A stretch of DNA of 64,000 bases from NCBI GenBank assembly GCA_951406725.2, contig OX597826.1, positions 53,072,001 through 53,136,000 of the forward strand, read 5' to 3'. The notes below the pieces were generated by a model that was not told the origin of the DNA, did no database searches, and saw nothing but the letters and a program-made list of their open reading frames with translations. Below, in pieces: positions 27,386 to 38,826 of this stretch. The stretch comes from Octopus vulgaris (taxonomy: Eukaryota). The translations under genes and the position numbers were made by a program. How positions within the stretch are numbered: position 1 is the stretch's first letter; the number at the start of each line of letters is the position of its first letter.

Positions 27386-27870
27386 ATTCATCTGTGTGTG
27401 TGTAATATAGTTGCTCGCCACAAACAAGCCCATAGGAGTATGTTATGCATAAGTTTCTAATCTTCTTCAATTCTATTGCTAACAACAGTAAATTAAATAA
27501 GATAATAACATTTCCAGAATCTACTTTGTTGGAAGAATTTAACGATCATATATTCAACGAAGTGCTAAAGACCATTTCACTACATAGAGCATACGATAAT
27601 CTAATCATCCCCAAATACTATTGGATTAAGGTCATCTAAAAGCAGTATTTGTTCACGTTTGTCTTACTTTCTAAGTATTTGCTATTTCCACTTTCGTCTC
27701 CCCAATTCTAAACAGCAGTCTCAGTCAAGGGGAACGAGTTTCGAGTCCAGGAAACACTCATGTTTTAATAAATTTCCTATCTTCAATGCATTTTTTATTA
27801 TTTATTTATCGGAGACCAATGCTTTTTGACATTTTTTATGTGTATATTAATGTTTGTCATTATAATTGTT

Positions 27871-28272
27871 GGATCTTTTCGCTTTGAACCGCAGTTTTTT
27901 TTAATAATTTTCACGTAACTAAACACTTTTAAACTTCGTATACTGGTAGAATGTGTTTATAAAACATCTTTTTCTCTTGGCTTTATTGAGAAAATTCTAT
28001 AGTTTGTAAGATATTTGTTGTTTTTTTTCTTCAATTTCTGCAATTTCAACTAATCAGTGAAAACATTCTGTGCCGTATGAATATGTCCCTCGTTTAAGAA
28101 ACAGATTGGGTTTATTTACATTTCTGAAGGAAAAAAGATACCCTTCCCCCCACCCCTAACCCTAACCCTAAAACAGATTGAAATGCAATAGATCGATACT
28201 AGGGTCATAATTATGGGTGACAATTTCATATGACACCGCTAGAAAAAACTGCCGTTCAAACCGAAAAGATCC
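27871..28272. mobile_element. Intact 402-bp MITE with ~30-bp TIRs and 8-bp TSD (Merlin-like or other 8-bp-TSD superfamily)
   Basis: TIRs GGATCTTTTCGCTTTGAACCGCAGTTTTTT / AAAAAACTGCCGTTCAAACCGAAAAGATCC; TSD taattgtt at 27863-27870 and 28273-28280. Confidence 0.9.
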
Positions 28273-29599
28273 TAATTGTTATTGTACAGTATATTGATAT
28301 AATCTGGTACCAATATGTTTAGAAATAACTTTACAAATAAATAATCTACACTCAGAAATCACGTTTAAGTCATACTGATGCAAAATCAGTATGTTAAAAA
28401 TATTGTGTGGTTATTTATTTATTTTTTTTTTAGTAATATCTAAATAATACGTTCAGCATACTTTGTAGAAACAACCACAATAAGACACTGATTCATGCAC
28501 ACACATGAAAGAAAGAAAGAATCAAACAAACAAACAACAAACAAATGAGGAAGATTATGCGAGATGAAACAATGAATTTCATGTAGGAACTGGGTTTGCC
28601 ATTCGGATTAAGGAACGGTGTTTAATTTCGGTTTCTTAGCATGAAGTAAAAAATAAATTGTTCGAATTGAATACATTAGATTTGAACTCACGATCTACAA
28701 AAGGTTAAGTGAATACTTTATACTCCCGTCCATCTACTCTTCTTTGCTTACCTGTTTTCAGATTCAGCTATTTGTTTTGCTATGATAAAGGTTTTTTGAT
28801 ATTATAAGATGTACTGCTTATTCATTAAGAAAATTTGTGACACCGCTAAAATTCTGATATAAATCTTTCCCAGTTATCAAGATTTTGGATTTTCTTTTTC
28901 TCAGAACGAAAGCTGTATTATTTCGGATGAGCCAATAAGGAAGCCTTTACGTTGTCACCCTACCGGCTAAAAAATCGCGGTCGAATCTCTATCAGATCGC
29001 AATCTACCCTATTTGAAATAAAAAGAAAAAAGAAATTCAAGGCTTTGGATAATGAATTCTTAGGTATAGTCTTTTAATAAAGTGGTAATGTCTTAACTTG
29101 AACGTCTTTGATTATCGATCAGTCCGACTAAACAACATCATGATCGACAAAAATGTCTGTAAATTGGATTTGAAACCGAATCATAGACGCAGGTCACCAA
29201 CAGTGTTTCTTCCTAAAATTATTCAGTGTCATAGGTAAATTGAATTGGTTCTAACATGGAATCGAAACCGATTCGTAAATTCGTTTCACATTGTCATTTA
29301 TTTAACGACATTTTTTTAAATGTTCCATGCTTCTTTTTTTCTTTTTTTTTTTGGTATTAATTTAGCATTTTCTCTTTAAATCAGCATTATAATGTTTGTT
29401 TCATTTAAATTATCCCTATAATGTAATACATTGGTTTGTTATATTTAAATGAGCCCTGTACACACACACATTATGTTCTATTTAAATAAGTCATCTATAT
29501 AATATGAACTCTTGCGTGCTAAACAGTTACTAGTTTTATAAGGTGGAAGGCGGTTAGCATAACTAAGTTTATGAGTTCTACCACTAATTTCCGAACAAA

Positions 29600-29953
29600 A
29601 TGGAAAACGAAATTATTATTGGTGATTCTTTTGAGTCTACTTCACTAATGCTCTCCAATGAGAATGCTATAAATCTGAAAATGTTAATACCAAGCTGTGC
29701 TGCCGGGGCTATCATTGGAAAAGGAGGTGAATCCATTGGGCATATACAGAAAGATACTGGCTCGAGAATCCGAATGACTAAATTGAACGACTTCTATCCA
29801 GGTACTTCTGAGCGAGTATGTCTTATCACTGGTAGTCTGGAAGCTGTACGCAAAGTTATTTATTTTATAATGGACAAAATTAAGGAAAAACCAGCTGAGT
29901 GTTCTTATCCGAGAACAGAAGAGAAACTTCCCCTTTTTGAGCTTTCACGACAG
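29600..29953 (+). CDS. nova: Nova/Pasilla-family KH RNA-binding protein, coding exon 1 (start codon, KH1)
   Basis: aacaaaATGG start with in-frame TAA at 29585. LKMLIPSCAAGAIIGKGGESI...DFYPGTSERVCLITG matches Nova KH1. Donor CAG|GTAAAT at 29953/29954, phase 0. Confidence 0.92.
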
Positions 29954-30542
29954 GTAAATGACGACTTAGTGTGCTTAACCATTAAAATTTGGCTGGATTT
30001 GTTGCTTGCAGCATTTAATGAGTGTTTATTTAGTGAGTTTCAAAATTTGTAATGTGAACGTATCTTGCAAATGTTATCAGTGAAAGAATAGAATTCATTT
30101 AAATTAGTAAATAGCTAAGGTAGACTCTTTCAGCACATTTTCTGATTTTTTTTTTTTTTTTTTTTTCTCAAATTCACGTTACTTTTTTAATCTATACAAT
30201 AAATTCAACCGAAGTTTTAAATAAGTCTTCATCTTATATTATATCCTTTCGGGCGGATTTAGTTTACTTCTGAACAAGTTCAAGTGGCAAATACATAATG
30301 TGAAAGTGTATCGTGGAAAAATATTTCAGTTTCGTGTTTTACACAAATTAACTCGTTTTGGTCATAAAACTTTCGTGTTTTTTTTTTGTTGTTTTTTAAT
30401 AGACTTAAGAGGGCTGCTTCAAATCTGAATCCAGCGAGGTGTTCTCCATTCTTTTTTATAGAAACTAATCCTATATTTCTGAGAGTTTTATTTTCCTCTT
30501 CAAAAACTTTACAGTGAGCTTTTTTTCCTTTCATATCCTCAG

Positions 30543-30937
30543 ATTATAAGGCGCTCTTCAACAATTTCCAATAGTAGTACCACGACAAGTGGCAGTTTGG
30601 ATGGTACCTTCATGCACGTGAAAATTCTCGTGCCTAACAGCACAGCCGGGCGTATTATCGGTAAAGGAGGGCAATATGTTGAACAGATTAAAGAAGAAAC
30701 TGGTGCTTATGTCCAGATATCACAAAAGTCTCGTGAAACCAAACTGCCAGAACGTTGTGTGACCATTGCGGGGGATTTGGTATCGAGTAAAAAGGCCATC
30801 GACTTGATCCTTCATAAGATAGTCGAGGATCCATATAGCAGAAACTTCACAACACTTAGTTATGCTGGTTATCCTGGACCCATTGCCAATGCTAGCCCTA
30901 CTGGATCGCCTTTTGCCAATTCTTATACAGCTGAGAG
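30543..30937 (+). CDS. nova: Nova-family protein, coding exon 2 (S/T-rich segment, KH2, post-KH2 motif)
   Basis: Acceptor ttttttcctttcatatcctcAG|ATT, in frame with ORF 30597. VKILVPNSTAGRIIGKGG...ERCVTIAG...KIVEDP...SYAGYPGPIANASPTGSPFAN is Nova-diagnostic. Donor AG|GTGAGT at 30937/30938, phase 2. Confidence 0.9.
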
Positions 30938-31398
30938 GTGAGTAGTTTTTTTAATCTCTCCTATATTCATTTAATTCACATAATAGAACTTAATATTTAG
31001 TCTTTTGCTAATTCGATAGTTTTGATAACGACTATTTATAATATTAATGCATTAGCCCGGAGCTTAAAGTTACATATAAGGTCTAACACTCCTGTTGTAA
31101 TCCTTTTACTCTTTCTAATCATTGTCTCTTCAGAGAGAAAATGAATTACAATACGTTGTCTGGCTTAGTTTTTTTTTTTAAATGTTGCTGTTTGTCATTC
31201 CTTGTCTTTGACGTAAACTAAAGCTCTTGATTATTTTCTCGTAGCATTAGTAAAATCTTTTAAATGTTATCCATTACAAGTACCGAACAAAATCTGCTCT
31301 GGATTGGACTCGAATTTTATTTAGTTTCACAATTTTGCTTTAATCTTTCTCACTTCTAATGTGTTCCGCACAACTGGTTAATTTTCATTATTTTACAG

Positions 31399-32305
31399 GA
31401 ATGACTCGAGAGATTTATCTAACAATCTGCGCAGTGAATTCGGAGATAAAAACTCACTTGAATTTTCGAGCATGGGTAATCTGAATATTAACAGCATTCT
31501 AAATAGTAACCTCTTGACTCCGTCATCGTTATTAGACAACTTGAAGATGACATTAAGGAATCTGGGCTACTCTGAACTTGCGATAGATGAAATTACTTCA
31601 GCTTACAATACTCTCTCGAATTATGGCTGCCTTCCTCATGTTAATTCCGTTGGAATATTACCAAATATGTTGAACACTGGATCACTTACAAGTTATTGTT
31701 CGAATACCATATCTAATCTTGGAAAAAATCGCACACAGTCCTCAATTTCTCAAAACAGCCCCTTTATCGGTAATTCTACGTGTCGCGACAATCTTGGAAG
31801 CCAATATGGTCCTATCGGTAGCAACAGTGAGACGTTCTCCTCGACACATACAACCGGAAGCAACGATGTTTATTCCATAAGAGAAAAAGTTGGATTAGGT
31901 TCAATCATAAACAACGCCAACTACCATAGTGTTGGTTTTCCTTGCAATTCTTCGAAAAATATAGATGATATATGCTTTTCTGGGATGAATAACAATTCTT
32001 TCGGTCTCGGCCTTGGCTTATGTGGGCCAACTGATAAACCGAACATAACCTCAAAACAAGAAATAGAAGTCCCTGAAACAATTGTTGGAGCCATTCTTGG
32101 TCCTAAAGGCAAAGGAATTGTGGAAATTCAACAACTTACAAACGCGGTCGTACAGATATCTAAAAGAGGAGTTTATGCACCAGGAACCCGAAACCGCCTC
32201 GTTGATATAAGTGGTACCCCTTTAAATGTTGCTAAAGCTCAGTTTTTGATCCAACAGCGTCTACAACAGGAAGAGACAAAGAGGTCGCAACAGACAAAAA
32301 ATTAG
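31399..32305 (+). CDS. nova: Nova-family protein, coding exon 3 (linker, KH3, stop)
   Basis: Acceptor ttttcattattttacAG|G restores frame into ORF 31472. Linker motifs LRNLGYSELAIDEITSAYNTLSNYG and NNNSFGL; KH3 EVPETIVGAILGPKGKGIVEIQ...QISKRGVYAPGTRNR. Spliced CDS 354+395+907=1656 nt = 551 aa + stop. Confidence 0.92.
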
Positions 32306-33351
32306 TTTGATTTTTCAAAAACTTTGTTCAAGAGATTTCTGTTTCGACTGAGCGAAGTACGCCAAACTTTATTTTTCCTTCAATTGGAAACCTAGCGTCT
32401 ATAAATGATCAAGTCTTCAGTTAGATTACAAATATATTTCTCATGTGTATTTCTATAATAAGCATTTATTTACTAACACTTTTGACAATGTTGTCTTTTG
32501 GTCGCAGTTAAGCTTCGCTGGCCAAGGAAAACAATTGTATACATGACTTCTACAGTCCTCCAATACCATTTAAAATTCCTTCTCAAAAGAAATTTAACTT
32601 TGTTTCATATGCTGATATTTTATCTGAATTGATTCAAATTGAAAATTCCGTTTAAAGTAGCCCGTCCGTCATTCCATCTTAATCTTTCCCCCTACCCTGT
32701 TTTAGCTTTCTTTTCAACTCGTTTACTAAAAAGTAAAAATTCAAATCCCTAAACATTTTAAAACTTATCAATCGGTAAAATATCAATACAAACGAACATT
32801 CCTTTTCAGACCACATACAATCCCAAAACTAAATCACTTCAGACATTTTGATTCAATACAAATATTCGGATACATCATGTTTAGAATTCCCTTTTCCGAA
32901 ATCCTTTATCGTTCCAATTTAAATTCAACAATTTGAAACTCTATAATATCTGAGATTTTTCATGAAAATTCTCACGCATATCTCGTGTTGAACAATTCTT
33001 TTCTCAAACATAATTCTGTTCATTTTACAAGTGTGCCAGTTACCATCTTTTGTTCTAAAAATATTTCATTGTTATTTCTTTGTTCTTAAATTGTTATCGT
33101 ACTATTTGTTTATATTCCTTAAAACAAATACTGTCTTAGTTTAACTTTTTACAAGAATTTCATTATTACTAACATTAAAACTTCAGTCTTTATTTTTCCT
33201 GTTAGAATTTTCTCATTGCTTACTTTGAAAACAATTGCACAGCTCAGGACTGTACATTGGTTTCAATAAGTTCAAACAAGATGAATTATATGAAAATTCT
33301 CTTAAAGAGAGCAAGGGAAATCTCATTTCAGCCTGGTTTTGATTTATAGCC

Positions 33352-33357
33352 AATAAA
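33352..33357 (+). terminator. Candidate polyadenylation signal of the nova gene (3' UTR about 1.05 kb)
   Basis: AATAAA followed by a U/GU-rich tract (cgttttggttgtt), at the end of a repeat-free AU-rich stretch after the stop codon. Confidence 0.5.
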
Positions 33358-34184
33358 GTACATATTTTATATCGTTTTGGTTGTTAATTTGAAATAACCC
33401 ATTTCTATCGAGTTGCCAGCTTAGGGTTCGTTTTCAGGTATCAATCTAGCGAGCCCATGCCTACTTGAGAGTATTGCGTATGGACAAGTTTCATGAGAGA
33501 TGGGTCGGTATTGCACCTCCCGTTGTTCCTCATTTCGTAAGAACGTGCATATGGAGAGTCGTGGATTATTTTGTTGGAAGTTCTCTGCAGGTAAGATCTT
33601 GTTTTAAAGGTCCTTGGATGGAGGGCTTTGTTGCAGGTAACAGTTGAGTGTATAGAGCACCCTGGACCTCTTAAACCAAAGACAGCGCGATCTCTATGCT
33701 TTCTCTCGATACTGAGAAAGGAATCGCGGTACCCTTGCGAGCACTATTTAGATGTACAAGTATTCTTTTAGACAATACTACACGGTCTTGTTTGACCTGA
33801 ATCTCTACCTACATAGACGTGAAGACACTGTGTGCTCCCTTTCCTTTAACTTTTTCACATTCATTCACAATATAGTGTATTATATCCCATTAGTTCCTGC
33901 AGTAATTATTACTTATATGTCACTGTATTCCTGGTAGCCATACTAGTAAATCAGAGAAAATTGTCAACGCATTTGATTCTTTTGCGCTGTCTAGCAAATA
34001 GGATGGCCAATGGCTGAATTCACCTTTTAGAAATTTCAGATCACTACGGCTACCATAGTTGCTAATTATCTTTTTAAAGAAGCATTAGGACTGTTCAGTT
34101 CTAATGTTTGAATTTATAGCCGGCGTGAGTTAGAACCAGGCTAGAAGTGATGCCACCCATTGGAGACGAAATACTGGTTTTAGT

Positions 34185-35200
34185 TCGATTAGGACTGCAG
34201 CCATGCTGGAGCATCCGCTTGAAGGGCTTTGTCGAACAAATCGACTCCAGTATTTTTCTAAGTTTGGTAGTTATTCTACTTGTCTCTTTATCCTAATCGC
34301 TAAGTTTACAGGGGTGTAAACTAATGAGCACCCTGTTGTCAACAGGTGAGGGGGGAGAACATGCACGATAGGCCGACATGCTTCTTTAGGTTTCCAGCCA
34401 AATCTACTGAAGTATTTGACCCACCCGACGTTATAATGGAAAGCACTTGCCCACAGTAGCATACAGTGGAACTGAACTCTAAGCCATGTGGTTGGAAAAC
34501 GAACACCTTACACACGACAATGCCTGCACCTATTTTGTACAAAACTATGGTTTCCGTTTTGAATGTCGCCCTGTTTACTCCTGTCAATTATTCGTGGCAT
34601 TTTTTCATCCTACTTATACTTGATGAGTAGGACCCGAGGATCGCCTATCAGATGCACTAAAGCGTTTGTTTGACTATAGTACCGCCTCTGGCCCATACAT
34701 TCTGTAATACTACAGGATTTTCTCACTGGATTTCTCTTTATTGCATACATAGGAATTCATAAAAAACATTACTTTATCAAGTTATTCTAGGTTCCGATGG
34801 AATAAAGATTTACCTCCTGCGGTTGTTTCAAACATTTTTTTTTTTTTTTTTTTTTTACACCTGTTTGTCATTTGATTGCACCCATGCTTGGAGCATCACC
34901 TTCAGTCGAAGAAATCGACCCCAGGACTTATTCTTGGTAAGCCTAGTACTTAGCGGTTCAGCATCTTTTGCCGAACCGCTAAGTTACGGGTATGTAAACT
35001 TCATCAGTTGTCAAACGATGGTGGGGAGACACAAAATATACACGCCACGGGCTTTTCATTTCCCGTCAACGAATCCACTCACAAGGCTTTAGTTGACTCG
35101 AGACTATAGTAGACACTTGCCGAAGGTGCCACGGCATGGGACTGAACCTGGAACCATGTGGTTGGGAAGCAAGCTTCTTATCACACAGCCACTTTTGTGC
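34185..35200 (-). mobile_element. Two decayed SINE family D copies (about 34185-34530 and 34855-35200)
   Basis: gccatgctggagca..., gccgaaccgctaagttacggg, ggaaccatgtggttgggaagcaagcttct motifs. Confidence 0.7.
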
Positions 35201-35758
35201 CCATTGTCTAAAATTTCTTCAGCTTTGATCTCTTGGTTTACACTTAAACATTTGAGCTACTGTTTGCAGCTGAAAGACGTGTTGCAATAATGTAGTGTCC
35301 AGTGTGATGTCAGTTCCACGACAATACTGCTAGTCTAGACATTGTTTCTATTTTTAGCATTCTTGTCAGCTACAATTTCTGCAGAAATTTCTATTAGTAT
35401 TCAATTTTGCTGATTCTGTGGAAAAAAAAAAAAAATTTTTTTTAGTTTTCAATTACTATACTAATGTCTCCATTTGTATATTATTCGACTATTCACAATG
35501 TGTAGTAATCATGGCGAGTGATTAAGGCAGTCGCTTTACGGACAGGGAGTTTCGTGTTCAGTCCTGTGCGATACATTGTCAGATGTTTTCTACTAGAACC
35601 TGACAGACCATTCTTTGAAAGAACTAGGTTGACGGAAACTGTATGGAAACTGCCGTATGTCTCCCCACAGTCGCTTTACAACGAGCGTTTACGTCCTCGC
35701 ACCTTACGGCCCGGCAAAGATACGGATGGTACTAGTACAGTGATCTATTTGTTCGGGT

Positions 35759-36117
35759 GGATCTTTTCAGTTTGAACAGCAGTTTTTTCTAGCGGTGTCA
35801 TATCAAATTGTCACCGTTAATTATAACCCTAGTATCGGTCTATTGCATTTCAATCTATTTTAGGGTATCTTTTTTTTCTTCAGAAATGTAAATAAACCCA
35901 ATCTGTTAAACGAGGGACATATTCATACGGCACAGAATGTTTTCACCTCAATAGACGGTCATTGATTGGTTGAAATTGCAGAAATTGAAAAAAAAAACAA
36001 ATCTTACAAACTATAGAATTTTCTCAAAGCCAAGAGAAAAAGATGTTTTATAAACACATTCTACCACTATACGAAGTTTAAAATTTTTTAGTTACCTAGA
36101 AATTGTTAATAACTGCC
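35759..36117. mobile_element. Second, oppositely oriented copy of the 27871 MITE, nested in a decayed SINE D
   Basis: ggatcttttcagtttgaacagcagttttttctagcggtgtcatatc is the reverse complement of the 28272 end; the far TIR is truncated. SINE-like sequence lies before (about 35510-35755) and resumes after. Confidence 0.85.
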
Positions 36118-36711
36118 GGTGTGCACCAGCACGGGTGCAGTCCAATGATCAAGACAAAATGAGTAGCAGCTTTACTAAATCCACATGTCTTCAATATGTA
36201 TTACAAAGAATCAGGACTTAAGAATATGACTAATCCAACTCGATTGTATTTAAAATTATGAACTTTTTAGTTTGACAATCTCGAGTATCCAGTCAATTCA
36301 GTAAACAAAATTATTAAATTCAGATCACACTCTTATCAGCGTAGTTTTGGAAAGCTTACACCTCAATAAAAATACCTTTTGATTGCGTCCATTAATCGCC
36401 AACTATTTTCATCTTCCTGTAGTCAACTTCCTATATTCTATTGGAAACAAAATGATCATCGCATTTCGTTATGTGAAATAATACATGACAGCTAATCGAT
36501 TGTTAACAGTCCATCTAGCTGTGATATTACCGCTAAAAGCAAAATTAAATTACGTTTCACCTTTGTTTCAACTATCTTAAGGCATATCTTAGTGAAATGA
36601 TCAATCCTAGACGCATAAATCTAGAACCACAAATCAAATGTCAAATGCTATTAGTCCCGCTGCATCTTATGCCTGCTTTTATGCAAGATATTTCCCTCAT
36701 TGATAACAATG

Positions 36712-36895
36712 CGGCGAGCTGGCAGAATCGTTTGCACGCCGAGCAAAATTCTTAGTGGTATTTCGTTCGTTTTTGTTCACATTCACCCCAGATCGACTAG
36801 CCTTTTTAAGGGGGTTAAGATGGGTACAAATTCACTAGTCGATGTAATCAATTTACTCCCCATCCCCTAAATTTCTGGTCTTGTCCCAAAATTTA
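36712..36895 (+). mobile_element. Decayed SINE family A
   Basis: gcggcgagctggcagaatcgtt head with a degenerate core. Confidence 0.65.
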
Positions 36896-38039
36896 AAATT
36901 AAACTTATCCCATCTGTGTGGTAAATTATCTCGGACGTAAAATACTTCAAATTTCGAAGCAAAGAAACCGTATCCTTTTATTTTAATCCCTTCGCAATTA
37001 TTCTTCCCCCCTCCCCTAGTTTAATGATCTCAAAAGCTAATAGACGAGTCAGGGTTAGGAAAGTAAGGAGTATGAAGCTAAATCTCCATATTTAGCGCCA
37101 TGTTTTCCTGAGTGACTTGGGCAACATGTGGTCCTACGCTATCGTGTAGAAGCAACATCCCTTTGTGATTGACCTATAATGGGCACTTTATTTCGCATAT
37201 TCTTGTACAATACTTCCAAGCGGCAATACTTCAGTTATTAACTGTTTCGTTTTCATTTTGCACTTTGATAGACGACACCTTCCATATTCCAATAAAAACT
37301 GAGTATAATTTTTTTTTTTTTTTTTGGTTTAGTGGGTGCATTCTCTTTTGTTTTGGATATGATGAGAGTCCATATTTCACCATTTGAAATAATTCTATCC
37401 CCGTAAAATTCAACAGGAAGTCTCCATAACGGGCTGAAAAGCAAATGAGAAACACGTTCTTCAAGCTTACACATTTCTCCTGGTACATAAAGATGTTTTT
37501 ATGATCGAAGTGTAACTTAGATGGAATGTTTTACCAACTCACGCGCAGTTTGGTTTGGATTTTCCTGAACTACAGTTTCCACAATTTCGATCTACTCCAG
37601 ATTGAGTGGGAATCCTGTGAAAAAATTTCCTGAGCGAAACTGGCGAAATCAATGTTAACCTCTCCGAACATTTAAAACTTCATTTCAATAGACAACGAAT
37701 ATTTCTTACCGTCTGTATTGCTGAAGAGCTTTTTGAATTTACACAAGGGACAATGTCCGATATGGGCCTGATTTCATTTAAACTGATAAAATCGATGCGA
37801 ATTTAACTTCTATGGTACAAATTAATCTGCAAAGAAGGAAAAAAACCTAGAATATAAAGGAAACTGAAAGCGTACCCTCAAAGTGATCATTTCAAAGTGC
37901 GGCAGGACCTCCTTTCTAGACTAATATTTTAATCTTTCTCCTAGAACTTTCAGACCTGAAATATTTATATTTTCCACAGAGGACCAGCTTCATTTCGATG
38001 TATGATACATGTTCATGTGTTGGTAATTATACCTGTTTC

Positions 38040-38265
38040 TTTATTACCCACAAGGGGCTAAACATAGAGTGGACAAACAAGGACAGACAAACGGATTAAG
38101 TCGATTACATCGACCCCAGTGCGTAAGTGGTGCTTAATTTATCGACCCCGAAAGGATGAAAGGCAAAGTCGACCTCGGCAGAATTTGAACTCAGAATGTA
38201 ACGGCAGACGAAATACGGCTACGCATTTCGTCCGGCGTGCTAACGTTTCTGCCAGCTCGCCGCCT
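38040..38265 (-). mobile_element. SINE family A variant; similar copy at 63188-63415
   Basis: cgaccccgaaaggatgaaaggcaaagtcgacctcggc...ctgccagctcgccgcc; atacctgt present on both flanks. Confidence 0.85.
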
Positions 38266-38621
38266 TATGTGTTGATAATAATACCTGTCGTAAATAAAAT
38301 GGCATTACTTTTTGACTCACCCTCGTAATTTGTTAGACAGGAATATGAATTAATCGACCATATACCAATACTTCCATCTGCTCCAAATAAGTGTCATTAA
38401 ACTAAGGTACGAATCAATACTTTAAAGCAATAACCGAGAACCTTGAAGCGCTTAAACTCGAATCAACTGCACTTACCCTGTATTTTGAAGAATTGGAAAA
38501 TTCCGCCTATTCCCGACTGACTTCATATCTTCCCAGCCTTATCTTTTAAGGTTCAAGAAAGACAACTTTTTTACATTCTTACATTGTAATTCCTGCTTTT
38601 CATTTTCTGTTAATCGTTTTC

Positions 38622-38826
38622 CGTTGGTCACTCTCGCCCGGCAATGGGCCGAGAGGAAACTGTCTCTAAAAGGTCGGGCGGAGGTGGTGAACACGTACAT
38701 CGCGTCCATCATCTACTACCACCTGATCATCGTACCTTGTACGACCCTACCATCACCAAACTAGAACGCATTCTCTTCCGCTTCTTGTGGAAAGGATGCG
38801 TCCCGATGGTCAGGCGATCCATTTGC
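38622..38826 (+). mobile_element. L1/Tx1-clade LINE ORF2 fragment (post-RT region), cut off by the satellite
   Basis: WAERKLSLKGRAEVVNTYIASIIYYHL, frameshift, then ITKLERILFRFLWKGCVPMVRRSIC. Confidence 0.75.

Noticed and set aside
28155-28171. Telomere or chromosome-fusion relic
   Set aside because: Only three CCCTAA units, and they lie inside a MITE.
29954-30052. C-terminal part of ORF 29600..30052 (VNDDLV...) as coding
   Set aside because: It lies after a strong GTAAAT donor and has no Nova similarity; intron read-through.
27871-36117. Composite transposon of two inverted MITEs carrying the Nova gene
   Set aside because: The upstream copy has its own TSD and the downstream copy is nested in a SINE, which indicates independent insertions.
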